Source of the DNA: Negaprion brevirostris
Taxonomy: Eukaryota
Direction of reading: 5' to 3'
DNA length: 63,963 bases
Assembly: GCA_030324005.1 (NCBI GenBank)
Contig: JARDVH010000073.1
Span: forward strand, 42,822,770-42,886,732
Made by a program: the position numbers and the translations under genes. This document shows positions 1 through 13,650 of the stretch, piece after piece (the first letter of the stretch is position 1; every line of letters begins with the position of its first letter). The notes beneath the pieces are model-generated. The model was not told the origin of the DNA. It was given only the letters and a program-made list of their open reading frames with translations, and did not search any database.

Positions 1-65
1 CCAAAAGCTCATGATTCCAAATAAACCTGTTGGACTTTAACCTGGTGCTGTGAGACTTCTTATTG
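1..65 (+). mobile_element. Penelope-like terminal repeat fragment (family B: ...aaagctcatgattccaaataaacctgttggactttaacctggtg...)
   Basis: Same sequence as the right arm of the fold-back at 15468-15673 and as 1998-2080. Confidence 0.55.
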
Positions 66-1597
66 AACATCACAGGAGACCTACTTGTGCCTTATTCAAG
101 TTTCTTAGTGACAAACTCCATTAAATAGCCTCTTTGTAATTTTGTGCAGTGACTGCCAGTGCACATTCTTCTCATGGCTCCTTCTGCGATAGAGAAATTA
201 CAGAAAAACCTATCTGTGACTTGCCCTTCTGTGCTACATTAGCAACATATGGCTATCAGACATCATAGAAGAACTCACAGATTAGCTTGCATTTCAGCAC
301 CTGAGGTTCAGTGTCTTTCAGCAGCATTGAAGCACACATAATATGTACAGAGATCATATATAGATTAATTAGCCATTTGCACTATTATAGTGGAAACTTT
401 TTATCTCTAATATAAACAGGGCTGTACAATGTATTACCAATTCATGTAAGAAGGACAATTTTTTTATAATTCAATCACCCTTACAATTGGCAACCCAATG
501 AGAACAGTGTTCTTTTCCCAACCACTGGTTCATCAGAAAGATACAGGTTTCACTTTAAAGGCCCACTCATTAAAATTGCTGGTGGAGGAGGGGTTCAGGT
601 GGATGCCAAGAGAGAGAAAAGAGGTGAGGGAGAAGCCCCTTGCAGCATTACTGGATCTCAAAAACATGAACAAGGCTACGAAATGTGTGGTGAGTGAGAT
701 GACGTTTGAAAGCTTTTATTCCCAAAACTATTACACCATGTGCAGCCGAGGAAGCAAAGATATGATGTCTTGGATACATCTCAAAAGAGATCTCAGTCTG
801 GTGTCAGAACCACAAATTCTAAGCAAGCTTCCCGAGCACAACAATTTATCATGAGTCCAATAACTTTATAAAGAAACAGGGTAATTAGAGAGGGCCATGT
901 CATGTGGAAAAGAAGGACAGTATGATCACACCCTAATATATACAGTTTGCAGGATGTAAGGAGTGATGTTGTTAACACTTGAATGTACTATTCTGCATTG
1001 TGTGGTCACTGCGTATACTTTACCCCTTTATCCTTAGAGGGGACATTCCTTCAAATGAAATATTTTAGGCAGATTAACTCTCAGATGTTTTATTAGTTTA
1101 CAGGGAGTGATTAGGCTGTGGGTGGTTATGGTTTGCTGCTTGCTGCAATAACCTAACTGTATTCACATTATGTGCATTCTAATAGTATTTAAATGAAATT
1201 ATTCTGACCTTCAGCAGTTCCTCCAGCACAGCCAGAGCTCAGCCCTGCTGCAGCACAAACATATTTTTCCTGTCAGAAGACAGACACCAAAATGAGACTT
1301 CGAATAATACAGCTTGTTTACCACACAGAGAATTAACATTTACTTTTCTTGTTTATCCCCTAACCTCGGCTGCTATGGAAACCTCATTAATTATAATTGG
1401 GTTTCTGTGACAGATGATTATTCTTCATCCTGTTAATCCAGATGTACATAATAGATATTAACTAAATGGAGCTGCTGTTGTCTGAATTCCAAACCCAGGC
1501 AGATCCAGATGCAGATGCAGCTCTCCACTGTTCCTATTACCTTTTGTCCAACAGAACCTGATCTCCTTTCCCTACTATTCCCATTAATGAACATCAT

Positions 1598-1910
1598 TGT
1601 GGCACAGTGGTTCGCACCGCTGCCTCACAGCATCAGGGACCCGCATTCGATTCCAGCCTCAGGTGACTATCTGTGTGGAGTCTGCATGTTCTCCCCATGT
1701 CTGCGTGGGTTTCCTCCAGGTGCTCTGGTTTCCTCCCACAGTCCAAAGATGTATGAATTAGGCTGATTGGCAATGCTGGATTGTCCCTTAGTATCATGGG
1801 GGCGAGCAAGGTAAATATGTGGGGTTACAAGGATAGGGCCTGGGTGGGATTGTTGTTGGTGCAGGCTTGATGGACCAAATGGCCTTCTTCTGCACTGTAG
1901 GGATTCTGGG
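1598..1910 (+). mobile_element. tRNA-derived SINE, HE1/V-SINE-like, CR1-type tail (tail A)
   Basis: A box gtggcacagtgg, B box gcattcgattcc, shared core gtggagtctgcatgttctcccc, tail ggccttcttctgcactgtagggattct. Confidence 0.85.
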
Positions 1911-1997
1911 ATTAGCTTCCACCCTACTTTCTGATCAAAGCTTCCCACCCTCACTAATTCTATCCACTTCCATCTTATATGTATCTTTACCTCCTTC

Positions 1998-2080
1998 AGC
2001 TCGTGATTCCAAATAAACCTGGTGTTGTGAGACTTCTTATTGTGCCCACTTCTGTCTGATGCCAGCATCTCCACATCATT
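1998..2080 (+). mobile_element. Penelope-like terminal fragment (family B)
   Basis: agctcgtgattccaaataaacctggtgttgtgagacttctt...gcatctccacatcat matches 15575-15673. Confidence 0.5.
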
Positions 2081-3509
2081 CTATAGTGTTAACCTGCATG
2101 CAACTGATCCCATTCACATCCACCCTGCCTAAATTCTTCGTAAAGTCGCTGCCCAATGTTTCTGTTCAATCCTGCTGTCTGGTAATGCATTTTTCTGGCA
2201 TCAGCTGGCTCAGGATACTGCCCCAGGCTCATTCTGGAGTTGCAGCCCAGGACACTAAGATCACCTCCCTATCACCTCATGTTACCAGAATGGAATCTGG
2301 AGTAAAGCAAACATGAAATGGTGGATTTCCTTTGAGTAAGGAATGCAGAAATATATCTTTTCATTAAAAATGTACCTCTGTAAGTTTATCTTCTCACAAA
2401 CAGGCTGAGGAAATTATTCCAAGTTGAAAATATTTCCTCCAGGCATTCTTATTCATTAAGATCATAGCTTATGACAGTACATTTGAAAATTAAAGAGGTA
2501 ATGTACTCACAATGATGCAGCAATTTATAAAATGCTTGCATACTGATGATCTCTTGTGATTTGCATGCACTAATTAAGTCTGAGATTATACTGTTGGATG
2601 CACACTCTAGTGTATTACTTTGCAGATAGGACGCACATGTCCACTGAAAGAACTTGGAACAAAGATAAGCCCCACAAAAATTGGCCAAATGAGTCAGGTG
2701 GATGGAGGTTTTAAATTTAATCAGCATTTTCTCAGAGCAAGTCTTCTGTGGCAACAAAATTTGCAAGCAACCTGTTTGCATTAATTTCCAACCCAAAAAA
2801 TATTCTCCAAAATTGCCATGTACATTCTAGGCCTTCCTGTGGTTAACCCTCCAAATCCTGAATGGACTCAAAATATAAATGAATATATATTATGTCAAAA
2901 TGCATATTTATCCAGGCGGTTGTCCCATTCCCTTGCAGGGGAGAGCCTGTCTCCACAAGATTGGGAAGTTCCAACCTGATTTTATGGTTGTCACACTGTT
3001 AAGGGACTCAGGTTGTGTTTTCTGTCTCTGTCTGGGAGGAAGTTCCTTGTCCAAGAGTTGCTGGCCAGTCAAATGGCCAGCATCTCTCCAGCCCCAGCAG
3101 CACCATTGCAAGAGGTGGCCAATGCTGGGACTACAGCCGGTCCCCCAATGGAACTCATCACTGAGGTAAATGGTGTAATTTAGCCAAGATCAATCAGGCA
3201 GGTGGGGGCCATGCTTGCATGGCGGTGAGGGAATGGAAGGGAACAAGCAGTAGTGACAATCACAGTTGGCGGAGAGGAGGGGAGCCTTCATTGGGCACAG
3301 GATGCTCAAACAGGAGACACATGCCCAACCTACAACCAGGACACCAGGGTTTACCTGCCTTGCCTCATGATGGAGGCACCTCAGGCTGCTGAAATAATAT
3401 CAGCGATGGCAGGAAAAATGCCTGTCATTATCATGGAGGAAGAGGAGAAGGAGGGTGTCCCGGTGCAGGGGGAGAGAGCGAGTGGAAGTAAGTAGACACT
3501 TTGAATGTT

Positions 3510-3682
3510 TACATTCATTCAGGGGATGTGGGTGTGGCTGGCCGGATTTATTGCCCATCTCTAATTGCCCTTGGGAAGGTGATAGTGAGCTGCCATCTTG
3601 AAGTGCTGCTCTGAATGGGGTGTGGGGAGACGCACAGCGTTAGGGAGGGGGGATACCCGGCGATGAGGAGGGAGACGCACAG
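3510..3682 (-). mobile_element. 3' end of a CR1/L2-group LINE (second family)
   Basis: attcattcaggggatgtggg...atttattgcccatctctaattgcccttg is the reverse complement of the 3' end seen at 17420-17485; a similar end lies at 21645. Confidence 0.55.
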
Positions 3683-4349
3683 NNNNNNNNNNNNNNNNNN
3701 NNNNNNNNNNNNNCAGCAATCAGCTTTTAATTATAGGCTCATTTGAAGTAGCCATGGGGATCTCTGTGTTCTCAGGCAGGTTCCAGGATGGGTTGTACAT
3801 ACATCAGATGACTGACTCACAGGAGCTATGGAACTCACCCCTTTCGTGTCCCACCAAAGTAGCAGGTTTTTTTTAAATGGGGTTTTTCCAAAGTCTTACT
3901 CTTATTCCTCCACTTGTGTAGAAACCCCTCCATCCCCAACTCCAATCATGGTGGATCAGAATGAAATGAAGCTGCATGCTAAGAATGGATGAGTGTTGTT
4001 TCGATGAATTTAAGGAGATAGAGAAGAGGGTGGAAGTTTGTGGTTGAGTGAATCTTCACGAACGATGCTACAATAACTGTGTTCAGGCATTAATCTGACA
4101 CCAGAACTCAGCCTCTAACTTCACCACCGGAGTGGAGTGTCCACCCCCATGAGGCCTGTACCTTTCACCTTGTAGATGTGAAGTTTTTCTGGTTGGTAAA
4201 GATCCCTCAGGTGATTTACCTCTCACAGAGATTGTGCATCATTTTCTCCTTCAACTATTTTGAGTAAATTACCTAGAGTTACATAGAAAATACAACACCA
4301 AGACAGGTCATTTGGACCAACCAGTGCCATGATTATTCCAAATTCTAAG

Positions 4350-5545
4350 CATCAAATTGACGTACAAATTGGAGTCATTCACACTGTTTTTTCCAATGGG
4401 ATTTCAGAGGAGAATCTCCCACACTCAGGGTGCACTGCAAAGGCCACCAGCATGAATATCATTACATTTCAGGAGAACTATTCTTGCAGAGGCTGAAATC
4501 AGTGCACTGAGTGAACTACTGCACATACACCAGACTATCAGTGCCGAGACTGGCGCATGCGCAGTTGCCCCACACTGATGGCCTCCTGATTGCTGGCCAG
4601 CTCAATCGCTGGTGAGCCCGACAACCCCTGCAATGCCAGCTCTCTGCCCCCACATCCTGATTGCTGGATTTCTGGCCCCCAGGCCCAGCCCAAAACCCCC
4701 CTCTCGGTCTGCCTCAATCTCCAGCTACCCTTCCCACCAATCCACCATCTGCCAATTACCCCTCCGCAGTGCCAAGCCCCAGCAGGCTGACCGCCCTACC
4801 CCCCAGCTGATCCCACTCTCCCCCGAGCCCACCCTGATTGCAGCCCTCTGTCCTGACCCTACCAATCCTTTCTGTAGAGTGCCACTCCCACTCCCTCAAT
4901 TACCCCCTAGACCCTGCCACTATCAGGTCCTGCCCCCAGGTCTTGTACCCATTTGCCCCACCCCTTGGCGCTGCCCCATGTCCAATGGACAGTGTCAGGA
5001 TGCCTCCTGGGCAATGGCACTTTGCCCTATGGGCAGTACCAGGGACACTGACTGACAACTGCCAGGGTGCCAATGCCCAGCGGTACAACCCCCACCCCAC
5101 CCCCCCCCTGCCCNNNNNNNNNNNNNNNNNNNNNNNNNNNNNNNNNNNNNNNNNNNNNNNNNNNNNNNNNNNNNNNNNNNNNNNNNNNNNNNNNNNNNNN
5201 NNNNNNNNNNNNNCATCGTGGGCCGAAGGGCCTGTTCTGCGCTGTAATGTTCTATGTTCTATGTTCTATAGTGGAGAGCTAGTGTAATCCCCGCTGGAGT
5301 GAAACACGCTAGCGAGGGATGGGTGCAGAGATTTCAGTCCCTGTCCCTCTAATCTCACTTAAGTTATATTCAAGTGACCATTTTGATTGTCTTTGTGCCT
5401 CCTCACCAATTTCTAGCGCAGATCTGATACCGCTGGAAATCTGCTGCTGGACAATACTAGACACACACGAACCCCACGATCAAGAACAAGAACCTCCCGG
5501 CCCGCGGCACTAAAATGTTAACACAGCAGGATTGGAGAATCATGG
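4350..5545. mobile_element. GC-rich non-autonomous DNA-transposon-like repeat containing a gap and a CR1 tail (5214-5270)
   Basis: Shares gcagtgccaag / ggcactgccc / gcgcatgcgcag blocks with 11054-11640, 27560-28530 and 36780-37761. The tail gggccgaagggcctgt...(tctatgt)n is a CR1 3' end. Confidence 0.55.
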
Positions 5546-5851
5546 CGCATTTCTTTGAACTGGGAATTTGTTCTTGCCAACATCAGTGATTAACCCAAAA
5601 ACAGTTCATTTTCTGATTTTGGAAAACAATATCTCTTGTGGGCCTTCTTTCCCAAATCTCTCCGATTGACTGAGTCCCAGTGCGAATGCAGTAAATCCAG
5701 TCGCCTTCTCTTTTGTGTCCAGCTGCTAAAAATTACACCTTACTTTCAATAAATTTTAATTTATGTTTCAGTCTCCATAACAACCAAATCATATGGGTGG
5801 TCTCCTGAAAGATTTAGCATGAGATCACATAGTCTAAGCAGGTTTTGTAGG

Positions 5852-6000
5852 AGGTCACATCCCCTTGATTAATAAGGGGATCAGGGGTTATTGGGAAAAG
5901 GCAGGAGAATGGGGATGAGAAAAATATCAGTCATGATTGAGTGGCGGAGCAGGTTCAATGGGCTGAGTGGCCTAATTCTGTTCCTCTGCCTTATGGTCTC
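5852..6000 (+). mobile_element. CR1 LINE 3' end fragment
   Basis: aaggggatcaggggttattgggaaaaggcaggagaatgggg...gggctgagtggcctaattctgttcct. Confidence 0.7.
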
Positions 6001-7869
6001 TCCAAACTATTCCATTTTACCCGAGTGTATCTTCACAAGAGATGACACAGTGACTGTGTTGAGGCATTAATATGACACCAATAATCAGTCTCTAATTTCA
6101 CCATCGAGAGACTTGTGAGACAGTTTAAAACATGGTACTAAAGGAACTGCTTACTTGAGAGCCAATACAGACAGAATAGACTGAATGACCTCCTTCTGTG
6201 CTGTAACTATTCTATGATTCTGTGATCTTATAAAGTCCAACACATGTAACACTAGTATCATGGCATATACTTATATTCCATTCAGTGATATCATGAACAA
6301 GTACAGTAATAAAATAAGTGAAGAGGGCACTTGGTAGAGTACACATCTCCACATGCTGTGTTAGCACAGTGTTATTACAATAACACAGCTTTTCCTTGAC
6401 GCTTTTCATTGTCTGGTTGATGTTCTGCAAACACGAAGTAGAAGAGAAAACTTCACTAGGATCTTCCACTTCACTGAGGAGGCTTCAGTCCAATCGACAT
6501 CCAATAACCTGCTCTGAAAAGTCTGCTCATGTTTTGACAATTCTGACAAAGTCCACCACAGCTGTTGAGACAATCCATAATATTCTAAAACAATCAATGA
6601 TATTCTAAATAAACAACCCCCACAATATGCTAAAAGAAAAACTCAATTCAATGGACTCCTTAAAAAAAATCCACAATATGAATTCAGATCACATCTTCGC
6701 TACAAACTGATCAGCTCTTCCTTGTGGCATCCCCTGTCTGTGTACCAAGTTTCACTGAAATCAGCCCATTACTTTCAGACAAACAGGCAAATAGACTAAC
6801 AAACAAGGAAGAAAAGTATTCTGCCACCTATCTTCAGCGATTGAGGTGACTATGATCCACAAAGCAAAGAGAGTGTTATCCCGACTCCAAAGGCCCCCAT
6901 GATTGATAGACTATGATTCCTGTAATACCTGTACGTGTTAAAATAATTATCACAGTAGTGAGGTAGCTGACATGACTTGTGGAACAATACTTCAGCATGA
7001 ATTTTTGACTTGGAGAGATAAGTGAAGAAAATTGATCAAAAACCAGAGGCCAAAGTTGAATAAAATGTTAAAAAACACAGCAAAATAGTGACTATATTTC
7101 TTTGAGATTTTAGTACAATGGAAATAATTTGGCCTCCCTGGTGGTTGCACCATTTTACAGTTTAATGGCAGCAAATTACAGTGTGTTACCAGGCAGTGGC
7201 ACATTGAGGGACTCAGGTTAATGGTATACATGAGTGGACAAGGTACTAGCAAGTGGCATTTGAGCTATTTGTTTGAGTTTGAATCTTTTTAAGGCAACTT
7301 GAAAGCCTTAAAAGGGTGTGCTTCATTTGAAGTCACAATACACAAGAGTGCACTATAATGAGGAAAACTTTATGGGTAATTTATTGTTCCCAGTCTTTCT
7401 GGAGCCTTTAACCTTACAGACACCAGTCTTCTGCCAGTGTCTCAGCCAAGTAGTCATTCTCTATGTGTGAATATTGGTAGGAGCTATCACAGTTCTTGAT
7501 TACTCCAATCGTTACCTATTGTCCTCAAAAAGCACTTCCCCTAAGGAGTCCCACAATAAGCGACAGAGACCTTTTCCATTTGTCTTTATCTCCCAAGTCC
7601 AGAAGAATAATTATAAAGAAGTATCTTGTTTCCTTGGGATAGGAGTCAGTTAACTTAGCACAAACTGGGGATTGAGCCAGGAGTCTTGCAGGTTGATAGA
7701 CTATTATTTAGTTTGAGATTCCGCAGAATTAACTAGTGGCTTGACTAGCATGATAAAGAGGAGTAATGATGTGGAGATGCCGGTGTTGGACTGGGGTAAA
7801 CACTGGGGTTACCTTGGTGTTCTTAAAGAGGAGTAAAGCAGAGAGCTCATGCACGACTGACGGACACAC

Positions 7870-8212
7870 CATAGAATTGTAGAATCCCTACAGCACAGAA
7901 GAGGCCATTTGGCCTATCAAGTCTGCACCGACTCTCTGACTCAGTATCTTACCCAGGCCTTCTCCCCTGCCATATCCTTGTAACCCCACACATTTACCAT
8001 GGTTAATCCATCGAACCTACACTTCTTGGGACACTAAGGGGCAATTTTAGCACAGCCAATCCACCTAACCTGCACATCTTTGGACTCTGGGAGGAAACCC
8101 ATTCAGATATAGGGAGAATATACAACTCCACAGAGACAGTCACCCGTGGCCGGAATTGAACCCGGGTCCCTAGCACTGTGAGGCAGCGGTGCTAAACATT
8201 GTACCACCATGC
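7870..8212 (-). mobile_element. HE1-like SINE (tail A)
   Basis: Reverse complement of the SINE head (cggaattgaacccgggtccctagcactgtgaggcag), plus core and catagaat tail. Confidence 0.85.
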
Positions 8213-9384
8213 ACCATTAGGTTTTGCATTTTGAATCGGCACCAAGGGTAGGTTTTAAAGTTACCAGGGCATTGTTAGTTTATAGCTTTGTTCAAATATT
8301 GATTTATAAACTAAGACTGATTGGCATCTTGGCAGTAGTATAACACAAAGAACTGCAACAGATGGATGCTTTCTTTTCACTCATTCAGTATGGCCAAACA
8401 TAATTATTTGATACTCTCTGGTCAGGGCAAAGCTCTGTGTCTCCAGATATGAAACAGATGTCCTGCTTAAACGGATTCTTTTTTAAGATGTCATTTTAAG
8501 TGCTGCTGATAGGAAATGCAAGTTACTGAATTTAGAATTTCAGTGCTCTGCAGCTGCAAGTGAGCTGTTAAAAAAATAAATAAAGTCCTTTGAATTTAAG
8601 ACATTTTCACAGCTTTAGTAAAAAGATTTATAAGTTATTAACTAGAATACCACTGCTTAGGGTGATAACACTGAGTTAAAATACAATATTACTTTAACAT
8701 TGATAAAATCATGAAATCTTGTGTGGCTTTAATTCTATTTAAATGCAGCAGCACAGCGAACCAGGAGAATTGTTTCATGCAGGGGAATATGGAGGCAATG
8801 AAGGGATTTGGTACAAGTATAAAGTACCCAAAGTCAGCATGTGTTTGAGACAATGTATGCACAATAATATGGTAACGGTATCTTTTTCATACTTTATTCA
8901 TAAATCTGTGAGAACATTACAATCATCCCAAAATAGTCATCACACAAAAAGCAATAGTATTCAGGCTCTTCGCATATCAAAGTAAACACTGAGATGCTTC
9001 AATACAGTAAATGTTTCAGACATGTTACAGTGGTCTTACAAATGTTGCGAAGTTATTTTGAAGGTTGCCTACATAGAAAAATTTGCAGTCCTAGATGCTT
9101 CAGTACAACTGAGCTACATGTAATATTCGCTATCCAACACTGAGCTAGGCAGCAAACTACAATGAATAGTAAGCTTTGTCTGCTAATGTTAACCAAACGT
9201 ACCATAAGCTGTGTCTCACATACTGTTGGCCAAACCAATGATACCCAAGTTTTAACATTGTGCAATGGTGGATAAATAGTGAAGTTCATGGAAAAGTGGG
9301 AGAGATGAATAATGAGCAGCTGATCCCATTGTGCCTGATTCACATCATTCGCCAAATCAAAATTAACGCCCCTCTCTCCATAAG

Positions 9385-9818
9385 GTGTTAGCAATTCTTG
9401 AGAGTATGAAAATAGATAAATCCCCTGGGCCGGATGGGATTTACCCTAGGATTCTCTGGGAGGCTAGGGAGGAGATTGCAGAGCCTTTGGCTTTGATNNN
9501 NNNNNNNNNNNNNNNNNNNNNNNNNNNNNNNNNNNNNNNNNNNNNNNNNNNNNNNNNNNNNNNNNNNNNNNNNNNNNNNNNNNNNNNNNNNNNNNNNAGA
9601 GGTAGGTTCTTTACTCAGAGGGTAGTAAGGGCATGGAATGCCTTGCCTGCAGCAGTTGTGGACTCGCCAACTTTGAGGGCATTCAAATGGTCAGTGGGTA
9701 GGCATATGGATGACATTGGAATAGTTTAGGTTAAAGGATCATTAGATCCGTTCCAGTAGTCGGTGCAACATCGAGGGCCGAAGGGCCTGTACTGCCCTGT
9801 AATGTTCTATGTTCTATG
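9385..9818 (+). mobile_element. CR1 LINE ORF2 remnant with internal gap and 3' tail
   Basis: Translates IDKSPGPDGIYPRILWEAREEIAEPL and FFTQRVVRAWNALP; ends in (ttctatg)n. Confidence 0.9.
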
Positions 9819-10704
9819 TGAACTGTTTCATATCATGAAATCAAACTACAAGGCCAGCAGTATCCCAATATAATTTCCTAAACTGGGAAATGTGGGTGAA
9901 ACTCATGGCCCAAAGCGCAGATCGGCATGTAGGTGGGAAAAGAGGCAGGGCAAAATTAGGAAAATATGACAGATAGCTATATAGGAGTTCCATCTGAGGT
10001 CAGAGGAGAGAGACGGAAGGAATGACGATTAAGAAGGATTGAAATGAAAAGGTAAGATGGGGTCAGTTGTAGGTTTAAATTGTGAGGGACATTGGGAATT
10101 TCCTCAGAACTCTCCTTCCCCCCAACCCTTACACCCCAACCCAACTCTCCTCACCTGCCCCCCCACCACCCCTCCAAATCAGTTCAGAAGTGGCACAAAA
10201 ATTCATTTATGCACCTGAACTGAAGGTGGAATTATATGCCCTCCCCCGTGGTGAGTTTGTTAGTGGGGGCACTTATTTGGACAGAAGGGTGGTGGGTGGA
10301 GACCAAACCACCTTTAATCCAATTAATTCAGTGGTGGAAAGGCCAATTGAGACCTTCAAATGGGCAATTTACATTAATTTAAGTGGCTCATTGCCACTGC
10401 TAGCTTAACCCTTGTACCTGATCTAGGGACCAGCATCCAGAAGGGGGACCTGCTGAAAGCCACCTCCCTTGCTGCCAATGCCCCCCCACCCCTTTTCTCA
10501 TCACCCCCATCCTGTGGCCCCTCACTCAGTTGTGGCCTGGGATCCAGTGAAGATCTTGGGCTTTGGGTAGGAGTGGAACCACCTCCCTGGTGGTGTTTCC
10601 ATTCAATAGAGCTGCTGGCCTCAGATCGGTTGCAGCCTCTCAGTGAGCAGCACTCCTTTCCCTGGCATCCTTGAGCCTAGAGACGATCCTGTGTTGTCCA
10701 GTTA

Positions 10705-10845
10705 AGCAAAAATGAAATAGTGCGGACACTGGATATCTGACAGAAAATACTGGAAAAACTCAGCTGCTCTGGGAGCATCTGTGGAGAGAGAAATAGAGTT
10801 AATGTTTTGATATGACTTGTCAGAGCTAGATTGACTAGAAACAAT
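10705..10845 (-). mobile_element. Penelope-like terminal repeat (family A)
   Basis: aaaatactggaaaaactcagc...gcatctgtggagagagaaatagagttaatgtttt is shared with 12405, 35995, 42580 and 49590. Confidence 0.6.
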
Positions 10846-11053
10846 GGATGGAATTTTATGAGGAAAATTCTAAGTATCCAGCTAGCATAAAAATGGGGAG
10901 AGTTGTAGAGGTTTTATGCCCCCATCTTATGCACATAGTGCATAGAAAAATGGNNNNNNNNNNNNNNNNNNNNNNNNNNNNNNNNNNNNNNNNNNNNNNN
11001 NNNNNNNNNNNNNNNNNNNNNNNNNNNNNNNNNNNNNNNNNNNNNNNNNNNNN

Positions 11054-11640
11054 TCCACTGACTCCCTGTCACCCAGACTGATCGCACCCTTCCTCCCCCA
11101 CCAATCGTAATGCAGAGGGCAGCGGGTGCTCACCCCCATGCCAATCACGATGCAGAGTGGAAATGCCCCCATACCCTAATCGGGCCATCCCAGCTTGCCT
11201 CTCCCCTTCCAGGCGCTGCCCCACATATCACTTTCAGACCCTTCCCCCATGCCCCCTTGAGGTCCCACCCTTTAGCCCCACCCCGTACACTCATTAGACT
11301 CCATCCATTGTGCGGGGCAGTGCCAAAGTGCCCTATGAACATTGCCAAGGTGCCAGGTCAGCAGTACCAATGTGCAAGGCTGGCACTGCCCAATGGCATC
11401 CCCCTTGCCCTCGATCTCCCTGGAGAGCCTAAATGGCTTTTGGTTTAACCAGCGAGGACAACATGACTGTTCTCTGTTCATGGGGAGTTCATGTTTTCCT
11501 CGCCAGAGAGAACCTCTCCTGATGAGGCTATAAAGGCAAGTGAAACCATATGATTGAGGGCCAGGGTCACTAATCACATACAAATCATCATTTAAATAAA
11601 TTTAAATAATATATTCAACCTCTCGCCTGAAATGAGCAAA
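11054..11640. mobile_element. GC-rich DNA-transposon-like repeat
   Basis: Reverse-complement homology to 27700-28200 and 36930-37200 (ggcagtgccaaagtgccc, tcgatctccctg, ttcatggggag). Confidence 0.55.
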
Positions 11641-12394
11641 GGGAATCTGGCTCTAGTAAGATGGCGAGAACTGTAAGAACAGTTCCAAAGCAATTCCCTT
11701 CCTGTGTCATTGAAGAATTGAAAGATGGAAGAGTTGTCTCTATCCTATTGAAAAGTCTGAAACAAATCAAGATGTCAGCAATTCGACTGTTGTATTGCAA
11801 TAGGATGGGAGATTTCCAATATTGAATTGAAGTGATTTGAAGAAAGTTTATAGAGTAGAATCATTATCAAAACATCAGTGTTGGTTTATGTGTGGAAGAG
11901 GACATTGAGAAAACAGCAGTGTGGGAGAAAAGATAGAGGTTTGTAGCACTTAGGGTTACTAGAGAAATATCCATACGATAGATCTCACAGGTGTTTACAC
12001 AGCATTTTCAGAAAGAAATTCAGATAACTAGGAAAATAACTTTGGTTGGAGCCATATGAGAGTAACTTGTAAATGCACAGTAAGGCTGTCAAATGTTGCA
12101 CAGTATTCCAGCATCTCCCTGCACAAGGTCAAAGTTGAAATGTTGGTAAATAACCATGGAAACGGACAGTACACACTACATTTCTAGCCAAATTTGCACT
12201 AGCTCCTAACTGTAACATCAACAGTGATTGGTCGAAAAGTTTGCTTCTGCGCTGTAACATTCCATGATAATATACAATAGGATTAATCTGGAGAAGATCA
12301 ATGGTCAGCACTGACTGACTCACAACCCTGAAAATGACCCAAAGTGGTTAGCCTGCAGCAGAGAACCACTGAGTCAGTTACACAGGATCTACAG

Positions 12395-12590
12395 ATAATA
12401 TAAAAGCAAAATACTGCGGTCGCTGGATCTGAAACAAAAACTGAAAATGCTGGAAAATCTCAGCAGGTATGACAGCATCTGTGGAGAGAGAATAAAGCCA
12501 ACGTTTTGAGTCTGGATGATCCTTCATCAGAGCACAGGTGTTGTCAGACCTGCTGAAATTTTCCAGCATTTTCTGTTTTTGTTACAGATA
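12395..12590. mobile_element. Fold-back Penelope-like terminal element (family A) with a hammerhead-like motif
   Basis: Arms aaaaactgaaaatgctggaaaatctcagcaggtatgacagcatctgtg and cacaggtgttgtcagacctgctgaaattttccagcattttctgttttt are inverted. The minus strand carries CTGATGA-aggatcatccagactc-aaaacgtt. Confidence 0.65.
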
Positions 12591-13484
12591 TTCATTGTCC
12601 ATGTCACACACAAAGACTGACATCTTGGGACATGTGCATCACCTTTAACATAAACCAATATCTGCGAGAGGAAGGTGCATCCATTTCCTCATCAAATACG
12701 TGCAGAAAATATTGTTTGTTAAAAGTACTTCTCTGGATAATCATTGCCTTTGAGAATAGCCAACTATTAAAAAGCCCATAACAATATTCAGTCTATGAGA
12801 TGATATTACCTATTTCACCAAGTAAACACAATGCTGATATTCAATAAAATCTTGATAGATTTTGCAGCTGGGTCTGAGTTTGAATTGTGATGTGTTTTAC
12901 AGGACACCGGGCTCAAAGTAAAGAGAAAAAAAATCAAGCCTTTGTTCTGAGACATTGCCAATGTTCTTTGCCACTGAATATTGCACTAAATCAACAATCT
13001 ATACCAGATTAGAGAGAATTCAGGGAATGATCTGGAAACATGATACTAACACCATCAATGTGAAATGGTTAATTTCACTTCACCCAACTGTCTGATCACA
13101 TTAATGAACAAAAGAATTCACAACTCTGTTCAAAAACAAGGAAAAGGCTAACACTTCAACACAATCTTTCTCATCTTTGAGAGCTTTACTGAAATCCAAT
13201 TGAGAAGATGTGTCTCCGACCTCTTCTGCACAAGGAGCACAATAGATTAATTAAATTTGGCCCAGTTCCTGATTATACTGCTGATGCTTGAGGAGAGTTC
13301 TTTCACAAGTCAGTTAAAAACAGTTGGGTTCATTAGAGAGGGTTTTATGTTGCAGTTACCCACCCTTCACCTGACATTGGGTGACAAAATTGGAAAAGTG
13401 TTCCAACTCCCCAAGATTTGCACTCTTCACATGTTGATATACAGCTGAAGTATAAAGCACAAAATGTAGTCAACTTAAAGTTTT

Positions 13485-13650
13485 GTAAAGTTTATTTATT
13501 AGTGTCACAAGTAGGCTTACGTTAACACTGTAATGAAGTTACTGTGAAAATCCCCTAGTCACTACACTCTGGTGCCTGTTCAGGTACACTAAGGGTGAAT
13601 TTAGCATGGCCAGTGCACCTATCCAGCACATCTTTTAGACTGTGGGAAGA
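13485..13650 (-). mobile_element. SINE 3' half (tail B)
   Basis: aaagtttatttattagtgtcacaagtaggcttac...gtgaaaatcccctagtc, as in 14600, 23108 and 55690. Confidence 0.8.

Noticed and set aside
1598-1670. tRNA-like A/B boxes in many places
   Set aside because: These are SINE heads followed by the shared core and tails, not tRNA genes.
3253-3495. ORF ending in a GTAAGT donor-like site (possible exon)
   Set aside because: No recognisable protein, no clear acceptor, and it sits among repeat fragments.
4590-5287. Pro-rich ORFs here, and Pro/Gly-rich ORFs at 11110, 27888, 36984 and 58833
   Set aside because: They lie in GC-rich repeats present several times in the window; no domain or splice support.
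7330-7750. Possible ancient tRNA-derived SINE on the minus strand
   Set aside because: Only a weak B-box-like match; too decayed to name or bound from sequence alone.
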